DNA of 64,000 bases from Anaerolineae bacterium (GTDB lineage: Bacteria > Chloroflexota > Anaerolineae > UBA1429), in assembly GCA_963675785.1 (NCBI GenBank), contig OY776562.1:2720001-2784000 (forward strand), read 5' to 3'. Positions 49,586 to 59,507 of this stretch are shown here, piece after piece (the stretch's first letter is position 1; every line of letters starts with the position of its first letter). The translations under genes and the position numbers were made by a program. Below the pieces are notes generated by a model that saw only the letters and a list, made by a program, of their open reading frames with translations, had not been told where the DNA came from and made no database searches.

Positions 49586-50179
49586 ATGAGCGAAATCAGA
49601 AGAGTCCTGCTCGAACGCAAAACGCGAGAAACCGATATCAAGCTATCCCTAGATCTGGATGGCACCGGCCAATCTCAAATCGATAGCGGTGTACCCTTTA
49701 TGGACCATATGCTCACCCATGTGGCCATGCACAGCCTTTTTGATCTCGACATAACCTGCCAAGGCGATACCGAGATCGACGATCATCATTCCATCGAGGA
49801 TATAGGCATTGTGCTGGGCACAGCGATCAAAGAGACCCTCGGCTCCAAGGTAGGCATCCAGCGCTATGGCCAAATGCTTATGCCCATGGATGAAGCTCTG
49901 GTGATGGTCGCTCTCGACTTTTCGGGGCGCGGCATGCTGGTTTACGACGTGAACCTGCCTACGCCTCGCGTGGGCACTTTTGATACTGAGCTAACCCGCG
50001 AATTTCTGCAGGCTCTAGCAGTCAATGCAGGCCTGACGCTGCATGTCAGGCTCATTACGGGAATCAACACACATCACATCATCGAAGCCATTTTCAAGGG
50101 CCTAGGACGGGCCCTCGGCAGCGCTGCCGCAAGAGATCCAAGGAGGTCTGGAGTGGCCTCAACTAAAGGAGTCTTGTAG
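49586..50179 (+). CDS. hisB: Imidazoleglycerol-phosphate dehydratase (monofunctional)
   Basis: 'FMDHML', 'DDHHSIED', 'PMDEAL', 'NTHHIIEAIFKG', 'STKGVL'. Confidence 0.97.
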   Translation: MSEIRRVLLERKTRETDIKLSLDLDGTGQSQIDSGVPFMDHMLTHVAMHSLFDLDITCQGDTEIDDHHSIEDIGIVLGTAIKETLGSKVGIQRYGQMLMPMDEALVMVALDFSGRGMLVYDVNLPTPRVGTFDTELTREFLQALAVNAGLTLHVRLITGINTHHIIEAIFKGLGRALGSAAARDPRRSGVASTKGVL

Positions 50180-50180
50180 C

Positions 50181-50798
50181 ATGCTGACGATCGTCGATTA
50201 TGGCGTTGGCAACCTGCGTAACGTCTATATGGCGTTCCAACGCTTGGGCCTGGAGGCAGATGTCACCTCCAAGCCCAAGGATATTCGTAAAGCGCAGGCG
50301 ATTGTACTTCCCGGTGTAGGAGCTTTTGGCGATGCCATGGAACAGATCCGTTCACTGGGCCTTGAAGAAGACCTCGTCGCCGCCGCCAAAGATGACAAAC
50401 CCTTTTTGGGCATCTGTGTAGGACTTCAGGTACTTTTTGAGGTTAGTGAAGAGATGGGCGAGCATCGCGGTCTGGGTATTCTAGGTGGGCGTGTGCGTCG
50501 CTTTGGTAACGAACTGCTTGTGCCGCACATGGGTTGGAACCAAGTGCACCAGCAGAACGAATCATCCATGTGGAACAAGGTACCCAACCATGGCTATGCT
50601 TACTTTGTCCATTCCTATTACTGCGACCCATCGGATAAGGCGGTTGTAGCTGGCACAACGGATTACGGCATATACTATGCTTCGGCCGTTGAGCAGGGCA
50701 ATTTGTTCGCCATCCAGTTCCATCCAGAAAAGTCCCAGGACTTGGGCGCACAGATTTTGCGCAATTTCTGCGTTCGCGCCGACCTGCTGGAGGACTGA
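50181..50798 (+). CDS. hisH: IGP synthase glutamine amidotransferase subunit
   Basis: 'DYGVGNL', 'LPGVGAF', 'GICVGLQ', 'PHMGWN', 'YFVHSY', 'QFHPEKS'. Confidence 0.97.
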   Translation: MLTIVDYGVGNLRNVYMAFQRLGLEADVTSKPKDIRKAQAIVLPGVGAFGDAMEQIRSLGLEEDLVAAAKDDKPFLGICVGLQVLFEVSEEMGEHRGLGILGGRVRRFGNELLVPHMGWNQVHQQNESSMWNKVPNHGYAYFVHSYYCDPSDKAVVAGTTDYGIYYASAVEQGNLFAIQFHPEKSQDLGAQILRNFCVRADLLED

Positions 50799-50799
50799 T

Positions 50800-51537
50800 A
50801 TGATCGTCTATCCGGCAATTGATCTTCGCCAAGGTCGCTGTGTCCGCTTGCGGCAAGGTGACTTTGGCGCAGAAACTGTTTTCAACGACGACCCGGCCAG
50901 CGCCGCAGCCCGCTGGGTTGACGAAGGTGCCGAATGGCTGCATGTGGTAAATCTCGATGGGGCACTGGGCGTCAACGGCGAAAGCAACCTTGCAGCCATC
51001 GAACGTATTCGACGCACTGTGAATATCCCCATTCAAGTTGGCGGAGGCATTCGCTCACTGAAAGACGTGCAGCAACTTTTTAATGCAGGTATCAACCGCA
51101 TCATCTTGGGCACGGTGGCCGCCGATGATCCCGACTTGGTGCAAGAATTTGTAGAGACCTTTGGTCCAGAATCTGTCGTCATCGGTATTGACGCACGAGA
51201 TGGCATTGTCACCACTCATGGCTGGACCCAATCCGCGGGTATCCAGGCCATTGATCTTGCTTTGCGTATGGGGCAGTTAGGCATCAAGCGCCTAATCTAC
51301 ACCGATATCAGCAGAGACGGTATGCTGACCGGCCCCAACGTTCTGGCCACTGTAGAACTGGCAGAACGCACCGGGCTTTCTGTCATCGCCTCGGGCGGCG
51401 TCTCTTCTATCGAGGATGTCCAGATACTTGCTCAGCAACAAGCCGAAGGCATTGACGGCGTCATCATCGGCATGGCTCTCTATCGAGGTCGAATTGACCT
51501 CAGAGAAGCTATCGCATGCGCCCAGGAGGTAAACTAG
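50800..51537 (+). CDS. hisA: ProFAR isomerase
   Basis: 'YPAIDLRQGRCVRL', 'QVGGGIR', 'YTDISRDGML', 'IASGGV'. Confidence 0.97.
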   Translation: MIVYPAIDLRQGRCVRLRQGDFGAETVFNDDPASAAARWVDEGAEWLHVVNLDGALGVNGESNLAAIERIRRTVNIPIQVGGGIRSLKDVQQLFNAGINRIILGTVAADDPDLVQEFVETFGPESVVIGIDARDGIVTTHGWTQSAGIQAIDLALRMGQLGIKRLIYTDISRDGMLTGPNVLATVELAERTGLSVIASGGVSSIEDVQILAQQQAEGIDGVIIGMALYRGRIDLREAIACAQEVN

Positions 51538-52296
51538 ATGTTAGCCAAACGAATCATACCCTGCCTGGATGTCATGAACGGGCGCGTCGTCAAAGGGATT
51601 AATTTTATCGAGCTGCGTGATGCCGGTGACCCGGTAGAACAAGCAGCCATTTATAGCGATGAGCGTGCGGATGAACTGGTCTTTCTCGACATAACTGCCT
51701 CGCACGAACAACGCAACATCGTTGCCAACATGGTTCGCAAGGTGGCCGACACCATCAACATCCCCTTTACTGTGGGCGGCGGATTGCGCACCGTCGATGA
51801 CTTACGGGCCATTCTGCTAGCAGGCGCCGACAAGACCTCCATCAATAGCTCTGCCGTCAAAACACCTGAACTCATCACCGACGGAGCCAAGCGCTTTGGT
51901 TCGCAGTGTATCGTCGTGGCCATCGATTGCCGCCGAGAGACCGATGGCAGCTATCAGGTCTATGTCAACGGCGGCCGCATTCCTACTGGGCTAGAAGCCG
52001 TAGCCTGGGCCAAAGAGGTGGAAAGTCGCGGCGCTGGCGAAATCCTACTCACCTCGATGGACAAAGACGGCACTCAAAACGGCTACGAGTTGGCTATCAC
52101 CCGCCGTATCGCCGATGCCGTACGCATTCCGGTGATTGCTTCGGGCGGGGCCGGCAAGCTGGAGGATTTCAGCGATGTACTCACCGAGGGGCACGCCAGC
52201 GCAGCATTAGCGGCCTCGTTGTTCCATTTCAAACAGCTTTCCGTGGGGCAGGTCAAGGCTTATTTAAGAGAACAGCTCATTCCCGTTCGCAACTAA
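51538..52296 (+). CDS. hisF: IGP synthase cyclase subunit
   Basis: '[12 protein letters not shown]', 'FLDITAS', '[15 protein letters not shown]'. Confidence 0.98.
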   Translation: MLAKRIIPCLDVMNGRVVKGINFIELRDAGDPVEQAAIYSDERADELVFLDITASHEQRNIVANMVRKVADTINIPFTVGGGLRTVDDLRAILLAGADKTSINSSAVKTPELITDGAKRFGSQCIVVAIDCRRETDGSYQVYVNGGRIPTGLEAVAWAKEVESRGAGEILLTSMDKDGTQNGYELAITRRIADAVRIPVIASGGAGKLEDFSDVLTEGHASAALAASLFHFKQLSVGQVKAYLREQLIPVRN

Positions 52297-52312
52297 TGCT
52301 TGGAGTCAATTT

Positions 52313-52669
52313 ATGAAGACAGTGCTGTCTGGTGATCTCGATGTCGATCAACTCAAATGGGATGCCGTCGGCCTCATTCCGGCCATCGTTCAAAATGTTC
52401 ATTCAGGGCTTGTCCTAAGCCTGGCCTATGTCAACAAAGAGTCCTTGAAACTTTGCTTTCAAGAGGGAGAGACCTGGTTCTGGAGTCGGAGCCGCGGCTG
52501 TCTCTGGCACAAAGGAGAGACATCGGGAAATATCCAGACCATCTGCGAAATACGCTATGATTGTGATGCAGACGCCTTGTTGATGCTCGTAGAACCTGCG
52601 GGTCCGGCCTGTCACACAGGGGCCGAGAGCTGCTTTTACCGTACACTTGGCAAACAGGAGACACTGTGA
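52313..52669 (+). CDS. hisI: Phosphoribosyl-AMP cyclohydrolase
   Basis: '[16 protein letters not shown]', 'DCDADALL', '[10 protein letters not shown]'. Confidence 0.96.
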   Translation: MKTVLSGDLDVDQLKWDAVGLIPAIVQNVHSGLVLSLAYVNKESLKLCFQEGETWFWSRSRGCLWHKGETSGNIQTICEIRYDCDADALLMLVEPAGPACHTGAESCFYRTLGKQETL

Positions 52670-52947
52670 GCGATACTATCAGCGCCTTGAACGCAACTAT
52701 CAGAGAACGCAAAGAGAACCCTAAAGAAGGCTCGTATACCAGCCATCTTTTCTCTGAGGGATTGATTGAAATCAGCAAAAAAGTAGGTGAAGAGGCTGTC
52801 GAAGTAGTGGTGGCAAGTCATGCTCAATCCGATGACCGCGTCATCTATGAAAGCGCTGACCTGATTTATCACTTGTTGGTCTTACTCACCGAGAGGGGAC
52901 TAACCTGGGAACAGGTTGAAGAAGAACTGCGCAATCGTTTCAAGTAA
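52666..52947 (+). CDS. hisE: Phosphoribosyl-ATP diphosphatase
   Basis: 'SYTSHL', 'KKVGEEAVE', '[11 protein letters not shown]'. Confidence 0.96.
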   Translation: MSDTISALNATIRERKENPKEGSYTSHLFSEGLIEISKKVGEEAVEVVVASHAQSDDRVIYESADLIYHLLVLLTERGLTWEQVEEELRNRFK

Positions 52948-52950
52948 CGG

Positions 52951-52978
52951 AAAAGAGGCCGGCTGTGCCGGCCCCTTT
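52951..52978. terminator. Intrinsic terminator between hisE and def
   Basis: AAAAGAGGCCGGC-TGT-GCCGGCCCCTTT. Confidence 0.75.
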
Positions 52979-52996
52979 GAATTAATCCCTACTCTG

Positions 52997-53512
52997 CTAT
53001 TCCTCTGGCTCTAGATCATAACGATAAAGCTTGTCTGCACTTTCGATTCGGTCCACGAACAAAACGCCCTCCAGATGGTCAATCTCATGCTGAAGTACTT
53101 CAGCAAAATAGCCTGTGGCGCGTATGCGTAAAGGTTTGCCATCCAGATCCTGGGCCTTGACCTTGACGCTTGTCGCTCTCTTGACCCAGCCCCTATAGCC
53201 AGGTACCGACAAGCAACCTTCTTCCATCTCTTCTTCGCCGTATGCTTTGACGATCTCGGGGTTGACCAGAGCGTATTCCTCAGCCGGGGCAATCTCATCG
53301 CCCTCTTCGTCAATCTCGGCCGGTATGCCAATGACGATGAACCGTTGCATCAAGCCGATCTGCGGAGCGGCCAGGCCAACACCGGGCGCGTCGTACATCG
53401 TTTCAAACATATCCTCAGCCAAACGCTTGAGGTCATCGTCGAACTTGACCACTTTGTGTGACTTGGTTCGCAGAAGCGGGTCTTCGGCTGTCACAATGTC
53501 GAGAATAGCCAT
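52997..53512 (-). CDS. def: Peptide deformylase
   Basis: 'GVGLAAPQIG', 'EGCLSVP', 'QHEIDHLEG'. Confidence 0.97.
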   Translation of the reverse strand: MAILDIVTAEDPLLRTKSHKVVKFDDDLKRLAEDMFETMYDAPGVGLAAPQIGLMQRFIVIGIPAEIDEEGDEIAPAEEYALVNPEIVKAYGEEEMEEGCLSVPGYRGWVKRATSVKVKAQDLDGKPLRIRATGYFAEVLQHEIDHLEGVLFVDRIESADKLYRYDLEPEE

Positions 53513-53601
53513 GAAAATTGCTTTTCCTTTTATATGCTGTCTACTCAACCAGACAAATTATAGGAAGCCTTGGTTATCGCTGTCAAAATATGCCTGTGCT
53601 G

Positions 53602-55671
53602 CTAGAGAATCAGAGAGCCCAGCTGATAAGCAAGTATCCCTGCAACAAGCGTCAGAAGGGTCAAAAAGAGAATGTTGAGCAAAGTCCACTTCCACGAGCC
53701 GGTCTCTTGTTTAATGACGGCCACCGTGGACGCGCAGGGAATAAACAACATCTGTGCTACTAAATAAGCTAGTCCGGCAGCCGTGCTCATATCGGCCCTC
53801 AATGCTTGAGACAACATCGCCGGGTCTTGGCTTACGTTATAGAGCACACTCATCGAAGAAATAGCATTCTCTTTGGCCACAAAGCTAGAAAGTAAGGCCA
53901 CCATTGGACGCCAACCGAGACCCATAAGCCGCCCAATAGGTTCGAGAAGGCGGCCAAACTGTGCCAAATAACTCGTCTCGATGTCCCCGGAGGGCAACGT
54001 CGAGAGAGCCCAAATTACTATCGACATGGCTAGAATCGTTGTGCCCGCCTTTTGCAAAAAGCCGAGTAGCTGGTTCCACACAAAGAGGGCAATCGTGCGC
54101 GCATTAGGCACATGGTAGAGCGGCATCTCCATGATAAAGATGTTGTCTTCATCCTTGAGATAGATCCGTTTGAGCACCATACCCATGAGGGCCAAGACAA
54201 CCAGCGGCAATCCCGTCAACAGCCAGGAAACCAGTGTCGCGTGCTGAGGGAAGAAAACAGGCACCAAAATGGTGAGTACGCCCAGGCGGGCCGCACAGGG
54301 CACCAGCGGAGCCAGCATAATGGTAGCAATGCGGCTGCGCTTATCCTCGATGACACGCGCTCCCATGATAGCGGGCACGTTGCATCCAAAACCCAAAAAG
54401 AGGGGCAGGAAACTCTTGCCGTGCAGACCGATCACGTGCATAAAACGATCGACCACATAGGCCGCGCGAGCCATATAGCCCACATCCTCCAGAATGCCCA
54501 TCACGATAAAAAAGATAAGCAAAATGGGCAAAAAGCTAATCATCAGCCCGGCGCCGCCGATAAGGCCATCAACCACGAGGCCCGACATCCAGGTGGGAGC
54601 AGAGGATAGAACAACAGCAAACCAGCGCGCCAAGCCTCCAACAACGTTTTCAGCCAACCATGATTGGAGAGGGCCACCGATAGAATAAGTAAGGTAAAAA
54701 GTAATCCCCAACACGGCTGCCAAAATGAGCAATCCCCAGAAAGGATGCGTTGCATATCGATCCAGGCGCGAAGTCAGAGTTACCTGCCCCGATCGTGGGC
54801 GTTTGAGAGCAGCTCGTGTCATTCGGCTGATCCACTCGTAACGACCGCTGGCTACGGCGAGCATGGCGTCTTCGTGGGCCTGCAAAATACTCTGCACCGG
54901 CTCCCATGAATCTGCCGGTAGTTGTAGCCGCATCATATCAATAACTTCACGGTCGCCCTCAAAAAGCTTGAGCGCCACCCAGTCCTGCGGATAAGGATCG
55001 GGAACATAGCCTTTGATGAGGGATTCGAGTTCTGCCAGAACTTGACGGTGATCCTCACGCACCTCGGGACGGTTTGGCTCCCCGGAAGGGCCGTGCAGGG
55101 CCACATCAATAGCCGCATCAATGAGTTCGTGGACTCCTATGCCTTTGGTAGCAATCATGGGAATAACAGGAACTCCGATGGCAGCTGCCAGCACTTCAGG
55201 ATTGACCTCAAAGCCCTCTTGCTTGGCAACGTCGATCATATTCAAACCGATGACAATAGGGGCAGGCAAAGCAAGTAATTCAGCAACGAGGTAGAGATTA
55301 CGCTCGATGCAGGCGGCGTTAATGACCACCATGACCACATCGGGGCGCTCGTGAATGATGTAATCACGCGTTACCGTCTCTTCGGGTGAAGAACAGGTGA
55401 GGCTATAAGCGCCAGGTAAATCGATGAGGTCGAGCACCAACCCATGATGATCCAAGGTTCCTGTACGTTGTTCGACTGTTTTTCCGGGCCAATTGCCCAC
55501 ATGTTGGTTGAGACCGGTGAGAATATTGAATACCGTACTCTTACCAACATTTGGCTGGCCGGCGAGGGCAATAGATAAGCGCTTGCGAGGCTCTCTCGGA
55601 GAAGATTGCTCCAGAGAATGCTCGGGGGGTCTATGATGTGGATGTGCTCGAAGGTGGTTATGCATGTGCAC
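53602..55671 (-). CDS. feoB: Ferrous iron transporter FeoB with His-rich N-terminal extension
   Basis: 'GQPNVGKST', 'VGNWPGKTVE', 'DLPGAYSL', 'NMID', 'GFGCNVPA', 'FIMEMPLY'. Start is GTG 55671 or ATG 55665. Confidence 0.95.
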   Translation of the reverse strand: MHMHNHLRAHPHHRPPEHSLEQSSPREPRKRLSIALAGQPNVGKSTVFNILTGLNQHVGNWPGKTVEQRTGTLDHHGLVLDLIDLPGAYSLTCSSPEETVTRDYIIHERPDVVMVVINAACIERNLYLVAELLALPAPIVIGLNMIDVAKQEGFEVNPEVLAAAIGVPVIPMIATKGIGVHELIDAAIDVALHGPSGEPNRPEVREDHRQVLAELESLIKGYVPDPYPQDWVALKLFEGDREVIDMMRLQLPADSWEPVQSILQAHEDAMLAVASGRYEWISRMTRAALKRPRSGQVTLTSRLDRYATHPFWGLLILAAVLGITFYLTYSIGGPLQSWLAENVVGGLARWFAVVLSSAPTWMSGLVVDGLIGGAGLMISFLPILLIFFIVMGILEDVGYMARAAYVVDRFMHVIGLHGKSFLPLFLGFGCNVPAIMGARVIEDKRSRIATIMLAPLVPCAARLGVLTILVPVFFPQHATLVSWLLTGLPLVVLALMGMVLKRIYLKDEDNIFIMEMPLYHVPNARTIALFVWNQLLGFLQKAGTTILAMSIVIWALSTLPSGDIETSYLAQFGRLLEPIGRLMGLGWRPMVALLSSFVAKENAISSMSVLYNVSQDPAMLSQALRADMSTAAGLAYLVAQMLFIPCASTVAVIKQETGSWKWTLLNILFLTLLTLVAGILAYQLGSLIL

Positions 55672-55684
55672 CTTCGTGGCCTTT

Positions 55685-55924
55685 CTAAGCCGATTTGCGG
55701 ATAATAACACGCTCGGCCTGGCCTCGACCGAGCGCAACTTGAGTATCAAGAACGCGCACAATGACAGGGCTGGCCCCATGGTTGCGCACCATAATAACGC
55801 GCGCACCAGGGGTAAAACCAAGAGCAGCCAGACGCGCTACAAAACGTCGGCCGCCCTTCAAGGCAACAACCAAGCCACTATCATCGGGTAACAGATTAAG
55901 AAGCGTTAATTCAATTGCGTCCAA
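55685..55924 (-). CDS. feoA: FeoA family protein
   Basis: 'RLAALGFTPGARV...PVIVRVLDTQVALGRGQAERV'; TTG start inferred. Confidence 0.9.
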   Translation of the reverse strand: MDAIELTLLNLLPDDSGLVVALKGGRRFVARLAALGFTPGARVIMVRNHGASPVIVRVLDTQVALGRGQAERVIIRKSA

Positions 55925-55959
55925 AAAAACTTCCGTTCTAAGGGCCTTTCGGCGGCCTC

Positions 55960-56005
55960 TGGCATAAACCAAACACACTCTAGCCCTAGCAGAGCCTGCT
56001 GTCAA
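55960..56005 (-). promoter_or_regulatory. feoAB promoter with an imperfect palindrome at the start site
   Basis: TTGACA-17 nt-TAGAGT, then TTTGGTTTATGCCAGA. Confidence 0.5.
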
Positions 56006-56096
56006 GAAGACATTAGGCTTTACATATACTTTCATTGTTGGATGAACTGGCGAGCCTTGTTATAATCTCATAAATCCCTGATAGTAGGAGGAACCC

Positions 56097-58331
56097 GTGA
56101 GAAAAGCACTCAGTCTGGTTCTAGTCTGTCTGCTGGCTTGCGTTTTATTGACATCTTGTGGTGGAGCCGAGGTGCCCGTAAGCGGCAAAATCATCAACGC
56201 TTTGGATAATACACCCGTCGTCGGAGCCGAGATTGTGATCAAAGGTTCCTCTGTTCAAACCGATTCTGATGGTGCCTTTGAACTGGTGGTTCGTGGCAAT
56301 CACGAATATCAGCTCACGGTATCAGCCGTCGGCTATGAATTTGCCCAAGTGAGTCTCGAGGTAAAAGATCAAGCCATCGCGTTGGATACCATCTCACTCG
56401 AACCGCGCATGTTGCAAGGCACTGTGCAAGATAGCGCAACAAGCTCACCCATCGCAGGCGCCCTCCTATCTCTGGGAGACGAATCGACGATCTCTAATGA
56501 AGCTGGCTTTTTCGAATTCCTGTCAGCCTCTCAAGAGGGTATCACTATCAACGCCTCTGGGTTTACAGCAGAGGTCATCAATCGCGAGACCATTGACGCC
56601 CTCTATGATGAAAATGGACTACAAAAAGAAACTGTCATTTTTGAACTGTCTCCTCGCACTGTTTCCATCACCCTAAAAGACGAACAGGGTGCAGCAGTCT
56701 CTGGCGCAGAGGTAACCGCCGGCAACCAAACCGTTCTTTCTGGTGTCGACGGCACTTGCGAAATCAAGTATATCGATCCGAATACGCCCATCGTCATAAC
56801 GGCAGATGGCTTGCGAACTATCGAGACGCAGAGCGGAGATAAGACTTTTCTCGATTTATCGATGGATACTTGGCAAGCACAGGTCATTGTTGTAGATGCG
56901 GCCAGCGGCGAGCCCCTTGAGGCGACCCTCGTTCTCGATGGCAACGAGATGAGCGTGCCCGTAGAGGGACTCAGCTTGGCTATTGAGCCCGGGACCTTGG
57001 TTACCGCATCCTGTGATCGCTATACTTCTGCAGAGACAACTTTTTCAGGCGAGCCCGTTTGGGAGATTAGCCTGAGCTCGGTTGATCTGACTGGCAGCCT
57101 TACCGATGGAGAAACCGGCGAGCCCATTGTTGGCGCATTGGTGCAGGTTTACACCGGCGATGAAGAAAATGACCCCGTGATGCAGCGCACCGCTGATGAT
57201 GGTTCGTTTACTGTGCAGAACGTGCCCACAGCCAATGAGGTTTACATCAAAGCGCCGGGGTATCGCACAGTTTCGGTGCCAGTGACCGATACCACCGAGT
57301 TGGATCTCAATCTGGAGCCCTTTGAGGCCCAGGCCATCTACGTGCCCTTTGCCCTGCTCACCGTGCCCGAAGTGATCACCGATTTGCTTGATATGGTAGA
57401 CCGTACGGCTCTAAACAGTATCGTGGTGGATGTACGCGGCGATTATTCCTACATCGCTTGGCAAAGCGACAATCCCATTGCCCAGCAAGTTGATAACTAT
57501 TACGAAGGCGTTATGGACCTCAACGATCTCGTAGAAGAATGTCACGAGCGGGGTATCTATGTCATTGCCCGTATGGTCATGTTCAAGGATGACATTGTGG
57601 CCACTACCATCACCGACTGGGCTATCAAAGCGCCTGCAGATGAAGGCGGCCTCTATTACGATTATGAGGGCCTCACATGGTTGGATCCTTATCTCCCTGA
57701 AGTAGTTGAGTATGAGGCCGATCTCATGTCCGAGGTTCTAGAGTTCGGTTTTGACGAGATACAGATGGACTATTTACGCTTTCCTTCGGATGGCCGTGCT
57801 TTTAGCCTGATCTACTCGCAAGAAAGTGAATACGAAACACGTATTGCCGCCATCGAGAGCTTTACGGCAGCCATGTATGATGTCGTCGAACCTTCGCGAG
57901 CTTTTCTCTCAGCAGACGTCTTTGGCATGACCCCCTGGACGGATGTTGATTTTGATATGGGTATCGGCCAGCGTGTTGAGGATATTGCCCCTCACGTCGA
58001 CTATATCTCACCCATGCTGTACCCGACGACCTTTGCCAATGGTTCGATCGGCTATGCTGATCCATCTCTTTATCCATATGAGGTGGTGTACTATAGCGTG
58101 GTAGAAATGCAGACCAGGACCTTGACCAAAGTGCGCCCATGGTTGCAGCATTATTCGATCTATGACTATGTGTACGGCACCAACGAACTGCTCGAGGAAC
58201 GCAAAGGCGCTGAAGATGGCGGCAGTTGCGGGTGGATGTTCTGGAATTCGGGCGCCCTGTATAACGAAACCGTCATGGGTTATGACCCTTATTCAGCCTA
58301 TCCCAATTTGCCCAACCCACCTACAGAATAA
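56097..58331 (+). CDS. Lipoprotein with repeated carboxypeptidase-regulatory-like domains and a C-terminal DUF4015 putative glycoside hydrolase
   Basis: Lipobox 'LLTSC'; repeated 'PIAGA/PIVGA...TDSDG.F' modules; 'NSIVVDVRGD', 'IARMVMFKD', 'GFDEIQMDYLRFP', 'SPMLYP', 'VRPWLQ'. Confidence 0.85.
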   Translation: MRKALSLVLVCLLACVLLTSCGGAEVPVSGKIINALDNTPVVGAEIVIKGSSVQTDSDGAFELVVRGNHEYQLTVSAVGYEFAQVSLEVKDQAIALDTISLEPRMLQGTVQDSATSSPIAGALLSLGDESTISNEAGFFEFLSASQEGITINASGFTAEVINRETIDALYDENGLQKETVIFELSPRTVSITLKDEQGAAVSGAEVTAGNQTVLSGVDGTCEIKYIDPNTPIVITADGLRTIETQSGDKTFLDLSMDTWQAQVIVVDAASGEPLEATLVLDGNEMSVPVEGLSLAIEPGTLVTASCDRYTSAETTFSGEPVWEISLSSVDLTGSLTDGETGEPIVGALVQVYTGDEENDPVMQRTADDGSFTVQNVPTANEVYIKAPGYRTVSVPVTDTTELDLNLEPFEAQAIYVPFALLTVPEVITDLLDMVDRTALNSIVVDVRGDYSYIAWQSDNPIAQQVDNYYEGVMDLNDLVEECHERGIYVIARMVMFKDDIVATTITDWAIKAPADEGGLYYDYEGLTWLDPYLPEVVEYEADLMSEVLEFGFDEIQMDYLRFPSDGRAFSLIYSQESEYETRIAAIESFTAAMYDVVEPSRAFLSADVFGMTPWTDVDFDMGIGQRVEDIAPHVDYISPMLYPTTFANGSIGYADPSLYPYEVVYYSVVEMQTRTLTKVRPWLQHYSIYDYVYGTNELLEERKGAEDGGSCGWMFWNSGALYNETVMGYDPYSAYPNLPNPPTE

Positions 58332-58341
58332 GCTGCTCAAC

Positions 58342-58385
58342 AAAAAAAACGGTCAGGTCGAATAAACGACCTGACCGTTTTCTTT
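58342..58385. terminator. Bidirectional intrinsic terminator
   Basis: AAAACGGTCAGGTCG-AATAAA-CGACCTGACCGTTTT. Confidence 0.85.
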
Positions 58386-58388
58386 ATT

Positions 58389-59507
58389 CTAGATGACAGA
58401 ATTGCCGTAAATCTTCATCACAGTACGATGAATGGGCTCATTTCCCTCTAGCGCCAACTCTGGAGTTGGGGTTGAGGCCTCATCGGGCTTGTCACTAATG
58501 CCAAAAACCAGCACTCCCTGCTCTTTGAGGTGCAGCGCCAAACTAGCCACCTCGCCCGTAATGACAATTTCACTATTGAGGACCTCTTTTTCAGAAGCAT
58601 CCCCGCCTAGCACGTTCATGCGGGCTACTGTTTCCAGATACTCGCCGCGTCGAAACTCTTTGAATGGCGTTGGGTCGTTTTGGGCAATGCCTTCTTGAAC
58701 CTGCTCATGCGCAGCCAACAGGGGCAAAGACATGGCGCTGCGCCGCCCATCACACAGAGCAACCACATCGTCAATGGAGGCTATTGCCCCCTCGCCGATC
58801 CGTTTCCACAATTCGTCGACAGGGATGACATCCCCCGCCACCATGAGGCATACATAGGCCAAGTAATCCTGATTGTCGGCCGTTACATGGTGATTTGTCG
58901 GTTGATTCAGAGGATTGTAAACCGCCAGAAAGGCTTGCTTATCAAAGGTATCGCCAAGCGCAGCACGCATGGTTCGTTCCACCGCAGAAACGCGGGCACC
59001 ATCGATAACCTGATCATTACGGCCACGTGCGCCTAGTGAGGTTTTGTCGAGGTCGATGAGTAAAGCAGTACGCTCATCGCAAGGCACATTTTCTTCAAGC
59101 AAACTCTGCCAAAAATCTGCTAGCATCCCCCAACGGTTGGCCACCATGAGCACATCTTTTATCTCACAAATAGCAGGTTCCTTGAGCCGATCTGCACCGA
59201 TAAAGCCACGCACTGGCCAGTAACTACCCACGTTCCGCGCAGCACCGCCATCATTGAGCATGGTATCACCAATGAACAAAATATTCCGCAACGGAGCCAA
59301 GCCACGCTGTTCCTGCGCTATCCTCAAAAAGTGAGCAAGTGTGCGTGCATACTCGGGTGATGTCTTGCGGGGTACCGCGCTGTCCAATAATCCAATCTGC
59401 TGCCAGCTGGCACTCAACCCCGGGATATCCTGTGTTTGCGGTTCGAGATTACGATAGACAACATAATCCTCAAAAAAGTCGGCCAATCTCCCTGTGCACC
59501 AAACCAC
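58389..59507 (-). CDS. Hypothetical protein; predicted circularly permuted HAD-superfamily phosphatase/phosphotransferase
   Basis: GTG start overlaps the asd stop (TAGTG). HAD-like motifs in order III (K48), IV (FIGDTMLND), I (LIDLDKT), II (VFGISDKP). Confidence 0.7.
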   Translation of the reverse strand: MVWCTGRLADFFEDYVVYRNLEPQTQDIPGLSASWQQIGLLDSAVPRKTSPEYARTLAHFLRIAQEQRGLAPLRNILFIGDTMLNDGGAARNVGSYWPVRGFIGADRLKEPAICEIKDVLMVANRWGMLADFWQSLLEENVPCDERTALLIDLDKTSLGARGRNDQVIDGARVSAVERTMRAALGDTFDKQAFLAVYNPLNQPTNHHVTADNQDYLAYVCLMVAGDVIPVDELWKRIGEGAIASIDDVVALCDGRRSAMSLPLLAAHEQVQEGIAQNDPTPFKEFRRGEYLETVARMNVLGGDASEKEVLNSEIVITGEVASLALHLKEQGVLVFGISDKPDEASTPTPELALEGNEPIHRTVMKIYGNSVI

